Origin: an uncultured Gemmatimonadaceae bacterium
GTDB lineage: Bacteria; Gemmatimonadota; Gemmatimonadetes; Longimicrobiales; Gaopeijiaceae
Direction: 5' to 3'
DNA: 64,000 bases
Assembly (NCBI GenBank): GCA_964545395.1
Contig: CAZJFX010000007.1
Location: 13,615 to 77,614 of the forward strand
Part shown: one piece after another, positions 8,429 to 17,635 of the stretch
Numbering within the stretch: the first letter of the stretch is position 1
How the letters are laid out: every line of letters starts with the position of its first letter
Made by a program: the position numbers and the translations under genes
The notes under the pieces: generated by a model
What the model was told of the DNA's origin: nothing
The model's input: the letters and a program-made list of their open reading frames with translations, nothing else
Database searches by the model: none

Positions 8429-8504
8429 GGGTGATGGGCCCTTTGGTTAGTCCTTGACCTGCTCTGGCGGGAAGTCGAAAGAAAACGACCGTTTGGGAGG
8501 CTCC

Positions 8505-8738
8505 ATGGCCTACGTGATCACTGAGCCCTGTGTCGATACCAAGGACGCGAGTTGCGTCGAGGTCTGCCCCGTGGATTGCATCTACGAGGGATCCGACCAG
8601 TACTACATCCACCCCGATGAGTGCATCGACTGCGGGGCCTGCGAGCCCGAGTGCCCGGTCCAGGCCATCTTCCCGGACACGGACGTCCCGGCTGAGTGGA
8701 CCAGCTACATCGAGAAGAACAGAGCCCACTTCGACTGA
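8505..8738 (+). CDS. 7Fe-type ferredoxin ([3Fe-4S][4Fe-4S], FdxA-like)
   Basis: [29 protein letters not shown]...[22 protein letters not shown]. The RBS GGGAGG is at 8495-8500. Confidence 0.9.
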   Translation: MAYVITEPCVDTKDASCVEVCPVDCIYEGSDQYYIHPDECIDCGACEPECPVQAIFPDTDVPAEWTSYIEKNRAHFD

Positions 8739-8774
8739 GCGGAGCCTGCACGGGCCCGGTCGAGCCGGACGAGA

Positions 8775-8810
8775 AAGGCGGCGGGGGGACGTCGGTCCTC
8801 CCGCCGCCTT
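8775..8810. terminator. GC-rich hairpin between convergent genes
   Basis: AAGGCGGCGGGGGGA-cgtcggt-CCTCCCGCCGCCTT. There is no clear U-tract. Confidence 0.4.
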
Positions 8811-8861
8811 CGTGTCACCTGGCGTCGCCGCCGGCGTGAGGCGGCCGACACCTTCCTTCAG

Positions 8862-9032
8862 TCAGTAGCCGAGTGAACGGATGCGCTCCAGGGAAAGGTA
8901 TGAGGGTTCGGATTCGCCAGCGCGAAGCTCGCGGGAACGGGGTGTATCTTCCCCGGCCCGGATCTCGCGGACGATGAGAATGCCGGCCACCAGAGCGACA
9001 GCGCCGATGAGGCCGACGGTGAAGTTTTTCAT
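8862..9032 (-). CDS. Small single-pass membrane protein, hypothetical
   Basis: MKNFTVGLIGAVALVAGILIVREIRAGEDT... is preceded by AAGGAGCACGAGC before the ATG, a good SD. Confidence 0.45.
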   Translation of the reverse strand: MKNFTVGLIGAVALVAGILIVREIRAGEDTPRSRELRAGESEPSYLSLERIRSLGY

Positions 9033-9215
9033 GCTCGTGCTCCTTGGGGGTACGTCCGGCAGAATCAGCAGCACAAATCATGCCAGAAGAGGGCCGGGCC
9101 AGGGACCCGGAATCGTCGCGCTCTGACGCGGAAATGGTGGTCCGACGGAGACTTGCGCCTCAGCTTTGCACCACCGATCCTCGGAAAACTGAGCCTCACA
9201 ACAGGAGAATGTGAC

Positions 9216-10400
9216 ATGAGTGCGGTGGAGCGGGACGTGCTGAAGCGAGCGCGGGAAGGGGACCCGGTGGCCCTTACCCAGGCCCTCGTCGCGATCCCGT
9301 CGGTGAACCCGACCCTGTCGCCCGGGGGGGCGGGGGAATCGGAAATCGCTGAAACCTGCGCCGGCTGGCTGCGGGGGTGGGGCTTGGAGGTGAAGATCGT
9401 GGAGGTGGCCCCGGGCCGCTGCAACGTGGTGGCCACCCTGGACGGCGACGGGCCCACCCTGCTCCTGAATGGGCACCTGGACACCGTGGGGGTGGGGGGG
9501 ATGACGGTGCCGCCCTTCGGCGGTCCGGTGTGCGATGGAATCCTCCAGGGCCGGGGATCGTGCGACATGAAGGGGGGCGTAGCCGCCCTCCTAGGGGCTG
9601 TGGCGCGCCTGTCGCGTGGTGGCCCCAGGCCGCGACTCGTGGTTGCGCTCACCGCCGACGAGGAGCACGCGAGCCTGGGCATGGACGCCCTGGTGCGCTC
9701 GGGGGTGTCGGCGGACCTGGCCGTGGTGTGCGAGCCCACCACCCTGGCTGTGATGCCCGCCCACAAGGGGTTCGTGTGGGTGCGCGCGTCGTTCGGGGGA
9801 CGCGCCGCCCACGGCTCACGTCCGGAGCTGGGGGTGGACGCCATCCGCCACGCTGGCATGTACCTGGCGGCGCTGGATGCCTACGCAGCCGAGCTGAGCG
9901 GACGGCCCGGGCACCCCCTCCTTGGACACGGCTCCTTCCATGCTGGGACCATCGCAGGGGGCACCGCCGAGTCCGTCTATCCCGACGCCTGCGAGCTCCT
10001 CATCGAGCGGCGAACCCTTCCGGGGGAGACGACCGCCGACGTGATGGCCGAGTTCCGGAGGGTGCTGGACGGCCTGGCCGGAAGGGAGCCGTCGCTCACC
10101 GCTTCGCTGGAGGTGACGCTGGAGCGGCCCGGGACCGAGGTGCCTGTCTCGTCCCGCTTGGTGAAGGGCCTCCTGGAGGCGGGGGATGGGGTGGGCGTTC
10201 CCAGGGCGGTGACGGGGATGTCGGCGTGGGTCGATGCTGCCTTCCTCAACGAGGCAGGGATCCCGGCCGTGTGCTACGGGCCTGGAGACATCGCGCAGGC
10301 GCACTGCGCAGACGAGTGGATCGAGGTCGCCCAGATCAGGGCGTGCGCCGACGTGCTGGAGCGCTTCGCCCGGACCCTGGCAGGAGGTGGGGCCTCGTAG
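9216..10400 (+). CDS. M20-family metallopeptidase (ArgE/DapE/acetylornithine deacetylase-like)
   Basis: MSAVERDVL... carries LLLNGHLDTVGVGGM, GRGSCDMKGG and LTADEEHAS. The RBS AGGAG is at 9203-9207. Confidence 0.8.
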   Translation: MSAVERDVLKRAREGDPVALTQALVAIPSVNPTLSPGGAGESEIAETCAGWLRGWGLEVKIVEVAPGRCNVVATLDGDGPTLLLNGHLDTVGVGGMTVPPFGGPVCDGILQGRGSCDMKGGVAALLGAVARLSRGGPRPRLVVALTADEEHASLGMDALVRSGVSADLAVVCEPTTLAVMPAHKGFVWVRASFGGRAAHGSRPELGVDAIRHAGMYLAALDAYAAELSGRPGHPLLGHGSFHAGTIAGGTAESVYPDACELLIERRTLPGETTADVMAEFRRVLDGLAGREPSLTASLEVTLERPGTEVPVSSRLVKGLLEAGDGVGVPRAVTGMSAWVDAAFLNEAGIPAVCYGPGDIAQAHCADEWIEVAQIRACADVLERFARTLAGGGAS

Positions 10401-10418
10401 CGCGCCTGATCCCCCGGC

Positions 10419-10808
10419 CTATTTCTTCGTCGTGATCAGGATCGCGCCGCTTGAGTAGCCCGTGCCGAAGCGTGTGGTAGCGTCGGTCGCGCTCATGTAC
10501 TGCATCCCCTCCACTTCGGAGCAGGGGATGGTCCTGAGATACTCCTCGCCATCCCAGCGGACGCTGCCGTCCAGGTGGACCATGGGGAGCTGCCCGGTGC
10601 GGGACTGGAACCAGCGGGGACGGAGGCGCTGGATCGCCTCGAACGCCGACATCTGCGCGATGGGCTCGAGTTCCGCTTCGGTGATCCGGTCCAGGGAACC
10701 CTTCGGACCGATGGCACTTCCCGGCCCCGCGCCGGTGGAGCATGCCGTCGTGGCGAGGGCAAGGACCAGGAGAGACAGAGCGGCCCGCAGGGCGTGCCGA
10801 CGTGTCAT
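10419..10808 (-). CDS. Small lipoprotein resembling the N-terminal part of a TonB-dependent-receptor plug domain
   Basis: The signal and lipobox are LLVLALATTAC. The C-terminus LRTIPCSEVEGMQYMSATDATTRFGTGYSSGAILITTKK parallels [37 protein letters not shown] of the SusC-like gene in this same window. Confidence 0.6.
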   Translation of the reverse strand: MTRRHALRAALSLLVLALATTACSTGAGPGSAIGPKGSLDRITEAELEPIAQMSAFEAIQRLRPRWFQSRTGQLPMVHLDGSVRWDGEEYLRTIPCSEVEGMQYMSATDATTRFGTGYSSGAILITTKK

Positions 10809-10817
10809 GATAGGCTC

Positions 10818-11015
10818 CTAGTGTTTCATGGTGATGAGGATGGCACCCCCGGAGTACCCCGTACCGGAGCGGGTGGTTGCATCGCTGGCGCTCCTATACT
10901 CGAGGAAGGAGACGTCCGCGGCGCGGAACGTGCGCAACATCTCGGGGCCGCTCGTCTGGGGGGGATCCGTCCAGCACGATCTCCGCCACCTTCCCCTGCT
11001 TGCTCCCCCCCGCAC
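10818..11015 (-). pseudogene. Truncated paralog of the plug-like lipoprotein (C-terminal about 39 codons only)
   Basis: LRTFRAADVSFLEYRSASDATTRSGTGYSGGAILITMKH matches the C-terminus of 10419..10808. No signal peptide or N-terminal half is present in frame. Confidence 0.55.
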
Positions 11016-11089
11016 GTCCGGGTAACCTCAGCCGGGGCCGGTGCACCGCACCACGCCGGGCCCGAGCAGCTTTCAACGGAGGGATCCAT

Positions 11090-12763
11090 ATGAAGGCGGT
11101 GTGGGCTGTCATGGCCGTCGGTGTGCTTCTCGCATCGGGGTGCACCGCGTCGGACGAGAGCATGGCGGACCTGGTGTTCCGGGGGGGTGCGGTGTGGACC
11201 GGAGACCCCGCAGCACCTTCGGCCAGCGCCGTGGCGGTGAAGGACGGCCGCATCGTGGCCGTGGGCACCGAGGCCGACGTGGAAGGCCTGGTGGGCGGCT
11301 CCACGAGGTTGGTGGATCTGGCCGGGCGCATGCTCATGCCCGGGTTCATCGACGCCCATACGCATTTTCTCGACGGGGGCTTCAAGCTCGCCGGGGTGGA
11401 CCTCCGCGACGCGGCCACGCCTGAGGAGTTCGCCCGCAGGATCGGCGAGTTCGCCGAGACCGTGCCGGCCGGCACCTGGATCACCGGCGGGGACTGGGAC
11501 CACGAAATGTGGGGCGGTGAGCTGCCCAGGAAGGAATGGGTGGACTCGTTGACGCCCGACCACCCGGTGTTCGTGAACCGCCTGGACGGACACATGTCTC
11601 TCGCCAACAGCGTCGCCCTGCGTCTGGCCGGAGTGGATTCCCAGGGACGCATGGCCGACCCGGACGGCGGGACGATCGTGAGAGACGCCCGCACCGGTGA
11701 GCCCGCGGGCGTGTTCAAGGACGAGGCCATGGGCATCGTGGCGCGCGCCATCCCCGAGGCGTCCGAGGCCGACCTGGACAGGGCGCTGCAGGCAGCCGCC
11801 CGGCACGCTCTGGAGCGGGGCGTCACCCAGATCCACGATATGGCGGGCTGGGAGAACCTGGAGACCTATCGGCGAGCCCACGCGCGGGGCGAGTTGCCCC
11901 TGCGTGTGTACTCCGTGGTGCAACTGTCCACCTGGGAGCGCCTGCGGGACTTCGTGGCTGCGAACGGCCGGGGTGACGACCGGCTGTGGTGGGGTGGCCT
12001 GAAGGCCTTCGTGGACGGCTCTCTCGGCTCCACCACGGCATGGTTTCACGAGCCCTATGAGGACGAGCCGGCCACCTGCGGTCTGATGGTCACGGACTCG
12101 GCCGAGCTCCGCTCCATGATCGAGGCAGGCGATGCCGCCGGGTTCCAGATCATCGTGCACGCCATCGGCGATGCCGCCAACGACTGGCTGCTGGGCGTCT
12201 TCGAGGACGTGGCCGCGGCCCACGGACCGCGAGACCGGAGGTTCCGGATCGAGCACGCCCAGCACCTGAGCCCAGCGGCCATCCCCCGCTTCGCGGAGCT
12301 GGGCGTCATCGCCTCGATGCAGCCCTACCATGCCGCGGACGATGGGCGTTGGGCACAGAAGCGCATCGGGCCCGAGCGCATCAAGACCACCTATGCGTTC
12401 CGTTCCCTTCTGGACGCAGGTGCCACGCTGGCGTTCGGAACGGATTGGACCGTGGCACCCATCGATCCCATCCTGGGACTGGATGCGGCGGTGACGCGGC
12501 GCACCTTCGACGGCGCCAATCCGGGTGGGTGGGTGCCGGAACAGCGGATCAGTGTGGAGGAAACCCTGCGGGCCTACACCGAGGGTGGCGCGAGAGCCGG
12601 CTTCATGGAGAACCGCCTGGGGCGAATCGCGCGGGGGATGCTGGCCGACCTGGTGGTCCTCGACCGCGATGTGACGCAACAAGATCCGAAGACTCTGGGG
12701 GAGACGCGCGTAGACATGACAGTGGTGGACGGGCGCGTCGCCTACGAGCGTCCCACGGGTTGA
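11090..12763 (+). CDS. Amidohydrolase-family metal-dependent hydrolase (YtcJ/amidohydrolase_3-like), lipoprotein
   Basis: MKAVWAVMAVGVLLASGCTAS... carries PGFIDAHTHFLDGG, IVHAIGDAAND and GTDWTVAP. The ATG at 11090 is preceded by GGAGGG. Confidence 0.8.
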   Translation: MKAVWAVMAVGVLLASGCTASDESMADLVFRGGAVWTGDPAAPSASAVAVKDGRIVAVGTEADVEGLVGGSTRLVDLAGRMLMPGFIDAHTHFLDGGFKLAGVDLRDAATPEEFARRIGEFAETVPAGTWITGGDWDHEMWGGELPRKEWVDSLTPDHPVFVNRLDGHMSLANSVALRLAGVDSQGRMADPDGGTIVRDARTGEPAGVFKDEAMGIVARAIPEASEADLDRALQAAARHALERGVTQIHDMAGWENLETYRRAHARGELPLRVYSVVQLSTWERLRDFVAANGRGDDRLWWGGLKAFVDGSLGSTTAWFHEPYEDEPATCGLMVTDSAELRSMIEAGDAAGFQIIVHAIGDAANDWLLGVFEDVAAAHGPRDRRFRIEHAQHLSPAAIPRFAELGVIASMQPYHAADDGRWAQKRIGPERIKTTYAFRSLLDAGATLAFGTDWTVAPIDPILGLDAAVTRRTFDGANPGGWVPEQRISVEETLRAYTEGGARAGFMENRLGRIARGMLADLVVLDRDVTQQDPKTLGETRVDMTVVDGRVAYERPTG

Positions 12764-12784
12764 GGCGGACGGCATCGGAGGAGC

Positions 12785-13468
12785 ATGGAGACGGGATCGG
12801 GAAGTCCGGGCGCCAAGCCGCTCGGTAACACACGGCAGGCTGCCATCGACGCCCTCTGCGAGCACTTCGCCAACGACGCCATTTCGGTGGAGGAATTCGA
12901 GCGGCGGGTGGAGGTGGCGCACCGCGCGGCTTCGGTGGAGGAGCTGAGACAGCTTCTTCAGGACGTTCCCGAGGTGAACCTTCCAGCGCTCCGTCGGGAC
13001 CGCACCGCGCCGGCGCCGCGACCCCGGCCGGGGGGCGCTCCGGCGGCCCACGAGAGAGACCAGGGATTCGTGGTGGCCGTCATGGGTGGCGCGACCCGCA
13101 AGGGGCATTGGAGCCCTGCCCGCACCAACTTCGCTTTCGCCCTCATGGGAGGGACGGAACTGGACTTCCGGGAGGCGGTGCTTCCTCGGGGTGTCACCCA
13201 CGTGCAAGTGCTCGCCATCATGGGGGGCGTGGACATCATCGTCCCTCCGAGCGTCAACGTGGAGAGCCACGGCATCGGGATCATGGGCGGCTTCGAAGAT
13301 GCGGGACAGCAGGAGCACGACCCGTCCGCACCCACGCTGCGCATCTCGGGACTGGCTGTGATGGGGGGTGTGGACATCACGGTGCGCCATGTCGGCGAGA
13401 GCGCCCGGGACGCGCGCCACCGCCGCAAGCGGGAGTCGCGGGAGCGCCGCAGGTTGAGGGGTTCGTAG
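12785..13468 (+). CDS. DUF1707 (SHOCT-like) plus LiaF-C-like domain protein
   Basis: The N-terminal DUF1707 pattern is RQAAIDALCEHFANDAISVEEFERRVEVAHRAASVEELRQLLQDV. The C-terminal part has repeated MGG..D/E blocks (VMGGATR, LMGGTELDF, IMGGVDIIVP, IMGGFED, VMGGVDITV), as in LiaF-type cell-envelope stress proteins. Confidence 0.6.
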   Translation: METGSGSPGAKPLGNTRQAAIDALCEHFANDAISVEEFERRVEVAHRAASVEELRQLLQDVPEVNLPALRRDRTAPAPRPRPGGAPAAHERDQGFVVAVMGGATRKGHWSPARTNFAFALMGGTELDFREAVLPRGVTHVQVLAIMGGVDIIVPPSVNVESHGIGIMGGFEDAGQQEHDPSAPTLRISGLAVMGGVDITVRHVGESARDARHRRKRESRERRRLRGS

Positions 13469-13492
13469 AGCCGGCGGCGCGGATGCTGCGGT

Positions 13493-13543
13493 CACAGGAA
13501 GCCGCGGGGGGTGGGGGCCCCCGCGGCCACTCTCGTTCCTGTG
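13493..13543. terminator. Hairpin between convergent genes
   Basis: The inner stem is GCCGCGGGGG-gtggggg-CCCCCGCGGC (13501-13527). It is flanked by an outer pairing CACAGGAA/TTCCTGTG. Confidence 0.45.
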
Positions 13544-13555
13544 TGCCAGGTAGGA

Positions 13556-13972
13556 TCAGCCTTTCGCGACCTCGACCTGGGACTCGGTGATGTGGCTCTC
13601 CACGTAGAGATTCATCGCATCTCCGAGTTTCAGGCTCAACAGGCGCGTCTCGATGCCGTCGGCTTCGCCCTGGAGCGAACCCACCGGCTCGTCCGGGAAG
13701 ACCCGGATCTGGAGGTCGCCCTTGGTGGCGATGTCGCCGGAGATCTCGAGCACCTTGAAGTCATCGGTCCAGACCCGGCCCAACCCATGGAGCTTGCCGG
13801 TGGCGTCCACGACGTAAACGCGGACGGCGGCAGCGCCACGGTTGACCACGCGAAGCTCGACGGTGTTGTTGCCGGGCCCGGCGGCGGGCGTCTCGGCCTT
13901 CGCGGATATGGCGCCCAGGCTCAGCAGGGCTATGGATACGGCTACGGCGGCGTGCAGCGTTCCCTTCCTCAT
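13556..13972 (-). CDS. Small secreted hypothetical protein
   Basis: MRKGTLHAAVAVSIALLSLGAISAKA is a signal peptide. The RBS GGAGG lies 6 nt upstream of the ATG at 13970-13972. The mature part is beta-rich. Confidence 0.55.
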   Translation of the reverse strand: MRKGTLHAAVAVSIALLSLGAISAKAETPAAGPGNNTVELRVVNRGAAAVRVYVVDATGKLHGLGRVWTDDFKVLEISGDIATKGDLQIRVFPDEPVGSLQGEADGIETRLLSLKLGDAMNLYVESHITESQVEVAKG

Positions 13973-14084
13973 CGTCATCCTCCCCTTGTTGCATCCCGCC
14001 TGCGCGCCCAACGCTCCGGGTGCCGCGCAGGCATCCTCAACGTCCCCTCACATCTCCTTGGACGGCCGAACCGCCCAGGGAGTT

Positions 14085-14249
14085 TCAGGTGCAGGTCCCT
14101 TGCCGCTTCATGAAGTACACCAGCTCCCCGTCCTTGAAGAGGGCTACGGAGGGGGAGGAGGGGGGATACCCCCTGATGTGTTGGCGGGCCCTGTCGGTGG
14201 CGTCCAGGTCCTGGCGCGTGGGGCGCACCATCAACTCGGCGTACGGCAT
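14085..14249 (-). pseudogene. Bacilliredoxin (BrxA/B, DUF1094)-like remnant lacking the CGC redox centre
   Basis: Hand translation gives MPYAELMVRPTRQDLDATDRARQHIRGYPPSSPSVALFKDGELVYFMKRQGTCT*. The N-terminal and PSSPS...KG.E.V.F blocks match my recollection of B. subtilis BrxA. The central roughly 60 residues, including NSVCGC, are absent. Confidence 0.45.
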
Positions 14250-14453
14250 GTTCGTGCTCTTCCGTACGTCGGGGCGGTCGGACCCGGGACCACCCGCCGG
14301 AGGTCGGAGGGTTCAACGTCACCGGGTCGTTGGCGCCGCCTGCCGGCTCGGCCTAAGTTGCGCCGTTCGGGTCTCCGGGCAGCCCCCTCCACCGGGTTGG
14401 GGGCTCGTCTCCGCCGAAGTCCCTAAGCGCCAGTCGGACTGACACTTACAAGT

Positions 14454-15410
14454 ATGTATAGAATGGGAGGGCACAGGACGGGCAAGGCCGCGAAGCGCGC
14501 CCCGGGGCGTGCGGCCGCAGCGGTGTGCCTGGCGCTGCTCGTGGGCGTTGCGGCTGGCCCTGACTCCTGTGCGCCCTGGGACGACGCCGAATGGGCCGTC
14601 TTTCAGGGGAAGGCGGCCTGGGCCCTCGGACAGGGCCTGGACACGATACCCATGGGGGACGCCATGGCGGCCATCGGCAGAACCTTCGTGGGGACCCCGT
14701 ATGTGCCTCACACCCTGGAGCCGCCGGGTCCCGAGAGGCTCGTCATCAGCTTCCGTGGGCTGGATTGCGTCACGTTCGTGGAGGTTGTTCTCGCCCTGGC
14801 CGGCTTCATCCGCGAGCCCGATGCCCGGGATCTCCTGGAGCGGCGGGGGGACGCCGAGGAGTGCTACGAGCGGATCCTGACCCGGATCCGCTACCGGGGA
14901 GGTGAGCTCCTGGGCTATGCCAGCCGACTGCACTACTTCTCCGACTGGATCGCCGATGGGGAAGCGAAGGGGCTGGTGCGGGATGTGACCCGGGAGCTGG
15001 GCGGCGTACGGCACACCGGGGTGGTGGACTTCATGAGCAACCACGCGGACGCTTACCGCCAGCTCGTGGAGGACCCGTCGGCGGTCGGGGTGGTGCGGGA
15101 AGTCGAAGCACGCCTCAACGCCAAGGGTCGCTGGTGGATCCCCGAGGAGGTGCTGGAGGCCGCTGCCGCCGGGATCCGGGACGGGGACATCCTCGCGATG
15201 ACGAGCGCGGTGTCCGGGATGGATGTGGCGCACACGGGACTGGCGGTCTGGGTGGAGGGCTCGCTTCGGCTCATGCACGCCCCGCTGGTGGGGGACTCGG
15301 TGGAGATCAGCGCCGAGCCGATCCCGGTGCGCATGCGGCGGATCCGCAACCAGGATGGGATCATGGTGGCGCGGCCGTGCGGCGGCGACGCATCGTGTAC
15401 GCCTCGCTGA
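14454..15410 (+). CDS. DUF1460-family protein (amidase-like, secreted)
   Basis: IGRTFVGTPYVPHTLE...LDCVTFVEVVLALA...YASRLHYFSDWI...DGDILAMTS...GMDVAHTGLAV is the typical DUF1460 pattern. The start is uncertain within the first about 25 codons. Confidence 0.6.
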   Translation: MYRMGGHRTGKAAKRAPGRAAAAVCLALLVGVAAGPDSCAPWDDAEWAVFQGKAAWALGQGLDTIPMGDAMAAIGRTFVGTPYVPHTLEPPGPERLVISFRGLDCVTFVEVVLALAGFIREPDARDLLERRGDAEECYERILTRIRYRGGELLGYASRLHYFSDWIADGEAKGLVRDVTRELGGVRHTGVVDFMSNHADAYRQLVEDPSAVGVVREVEARLNAKGRWWIPEEVLEAAAAGIRDGDILAMTSAVSGMDVAHTGLAVWVEGSLRLMHAPLVGDSVEISAEPIPVRMRRIRNQDGIMVARPCGGDASCTPR

Positions 15411-15470
15411 GCCACAGCGCCGCCGGGACCGGGCGCCCGGCCCGAGCCGGACGCCCCGCATCCCCCTCCC

Positions 15471-16922
15471 TCAGAGGAGGAAGAGGGGGATGAGCGTCTC
15501 GGAGAGGACCGTCACCACCATGACGGCGATGACGTTGAGGAAGAACCCCACCCTGGCCATCTGGGGGACGGTCAGGTAGCCCGAGCTGAACACGATGGCG
15601 TTGGGCGGCGTGGCCACGGGGAGCATGAAGGCCATGGAAGCGCCGAGCGCGGCGGTGGTCATCAGGAGCATGGGGTCCATGCCGAGGGCGACGGCCGTTC
15701 CCGCCATGACGGGCATGGCCATGGCGGTGACCGCCACGTTCGACGTGAGCTCGGTGAGGAAGATGAGGAGCGCGGCGACGGCGGCCACCGCGACCCACGG
15801 GGGAACGTGCCCCAGCCTTCCGAAGATGCTCCCGATCCACGCGGCTACCCCGGATTGGTCCATGGCCGCGGCCAGGGAAAGGCCGCCGCCGAAGAGGACG
15901 AGGACGCCCCATTCGATTCTCCGGGCTGTCTTCCAGTCGAGGGCGAACTCGCCCTTCCGCCAGTCGGTGGGCCAGACGAAGAGAACCGCCGCCGCCAACA
16001 TGGCAATGGTGGAGTCGCGGACCGCGGGCGCCCAGGTCTCGATGCCGGGGATGACGAAGGCCCCCAGGTCCTTCTCCTCGCGCAGGATCCAGGCCGCCGC
16101 CGTGAGGGCGAAGACCGTGGCGGTGACCCTTTCGCCCTTCGACATGGGCCCCAGCTTCTCGCGCTCGGCCTCGATGATGAGAGCGGCGTCGCCGGTCAGC
16201 TCCCCCGGGGGGTGCATGATTTTCACGAGGAGGAGCCAGGACAGCGGGATCATGAAAACCGTAACGGGGACGCCGACGGCCATCCACTCCAGGAATCCTA
16301 TCTGCCGCCCCAGCATCTCGCTGGCGGCTCCGGCCAGCACCGCGTTGGGCGGCGTCCCGATGAGCGTGCCGATCCCGCCGATGGAGGCGGCGTACGCCAC
16401 GCTCAGCATCAGCGCGATGCCGAAGTGGTAGACACCCTCGTGGTCCTTGGGGCGGAGCATCTCCCCCACCGCCAGGGCGATGGGGAACATCATGGCGGCG
16501 GTGGCCGTGTTGCTGATCCACATGGAGAGGAATGCCGTGGCCACCATGAAGCCGAGGACGAGCTGACTCGGCTTCGTCCCCACCCACGACATGATCCGCA
16601 GGGCGATACGCCGGTGAAGGCCCCACTTCTCCAGCGCAGCCGCCAGGAGGAAGCCCCCCATGAACAGGTAGATGAGCTCGTTGGCGTACGGCGCCGAGGC
16701 CTCGGGGGCGCTCAGGATCCCGAGGGCCGGGAAGAGCACCAGCGGGAGCAGCGCCGTGACGGGGATGGGGATGGCCTCGGTCATCCACCAGGTGGCCATG
16801 AGAACGGCCACCGATGCCGTGCGCCACCCCTCGGCACCCAGCGTCGCCGGCGCCGGCACGAGAAGCATGGCGAGGAAGGCTACTGCGCCGAGGATGAGCC
16901 CGACGCGTTGGTATCGCTGCAT
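15471..16922 (-). CDS. SLC13/DASS-family anion:sodium symporter
   Basis: MQRYQRVGLILGAVAFLAML... carries ATWWMTEAIPIPVTALLP, SMWISNTATAAMMFPIA and LTSNVAVTAMAMPV. Confidence 0.85.
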   Translation of the reverse strand: MQRYQRVGLILGAVAFLAMLLVPAPATLGAEGWRTASVAVLMATWWMTEAIPIPVTALLPLVLFPALGILSAPEASAPYANELIYLFMGGFLLAAALEKWGLHRRIALRIMSWVGTKPSQLVLGFMVATAFLSMWISNTATAAMMFPIALAVGEMLRPKDHEGVYHFGIALMLSVAYAASIGGIGTLIGTPPNAVLAGAASEMLGRQIGFLEWMAVGVPVTVFMIPLSWLLLVKIMHPPGELTGDAALIIEAEREKLGPMSKGERVTATVFALTAAAWILREEKDLGAFVIPGIETWAPAVRDSTIAMLAAAVLFVWPTDWRKGEFALDWKTARRIEWGVLVLFGGGLSLAAAMDQSGVAAWIGSIFGRLGHVPPWVAVAAVAALLIFLTELTSNVAVTAMAMPVMAGTAVALGMDPMLLMTTAALGASMAFMLPVATPPNAIVFSSGYLTVPQMARVGFFLNVIAVMVVTVLSETLIPLFLL

Positions 16923-17085
16923 ACCCTTGTGGCTGGTGCCTTCGTCCACGTCGCATCGCTCCGATCGGGACCCCCCGGGGCGGGCCGGGTCCGGGGCAGT
17001 CTGGGAGAAGAACTCACCCACGGCAACCGTAGTTCGGTAATGGGGCCCCGTCCGTTGCCCCGATGCAGTGCCCCGAGGCGGAGCC

Positions 17086-17589
17086 ATGGATTCCCAGAGA
17101 ATGCCGGTCTACAGGGAATGGAGCTCGTGGTCCGGGTGGCTCCTCGTGGTGTTCTGGGGGAGCATGTTCATCGGCATGGCCGCGGTTTCCCTGGCGCCGC
17201 ACGAATCGGAGCAGGAGCGCTTCTGGGGGCTGGTGGTGTTGGGTGTGACCGCCGTGGCGGTGCAGCTCCTGGTGGCCGGGCTCTCCGTGCGGCTGTACCG
17301 CGACCACCTGGTGGTGGGGTTGGGCTCGGCCGGACAGATCTCCAGGAAGGTGCGCTACGACCAGATCGAGCGCACCGAGTCGGTGACGTACAGCCCGCTC
17401 CGCGAGTTCGGGGGATGGGGGGTCCGTTGGGGGAAGGGCGGGAAGAAGGTCTGGAGCGCACGGGGCAACCACGCTGTCGTGCTCCACCTGAAGGACGGCA
17501 CCCGCCTCTACATCGGGAGCGACTCGCCGCATCGTCTGGAGGAGCGGATCCGCGCCGTGGCGGGCACGCGGATGGGAGGGCAGGGGTAA
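17086..17589 (+). CDS. Hypothetical membrane protein with C-terminal bacterial-PH-like segment
   Basis: Two TM helices are followed by VRYDQIERTESVTYSPLREFGGWGVRWGKGGKKVWSARGNHAVVLHLKDGTRLYIGSD. Confidence 0.5.
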   Translation: MDSQRMPVYREWSSWSGWLLVVFWGSMFIGMAAVSLAPHESEQERFWGLVVLGVTAVAVQLLVAGLSVRLYRDHLVVGLGSAGQISRKVRYDQIERTESVTYSPLREFGGWGVRWGKGGKKVWSARGNHAVVLHLKDGTRLYIGSDSPHRLEERIRAVAGTRMGGQG

Positions 17590-17635
17590 CCCCCGCGCTG
17601 TGCCGGAAGGCCACAGCGGCTCCCCGCCTCGCAGG

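Noticed and set aside
10826-13495. 889-aa minus-strand ORF, the longest on that strand in this region.
   Set aside because: It runs antisense to the amidohydrolase and DUF1707/LiaF-like genes, which have clear family motifs. Its product is an Arg/His/Gly/Pro-rich low-complexity string with no motifs. This is the typical stop-codon-poor antisense frame of high-GC DNA.
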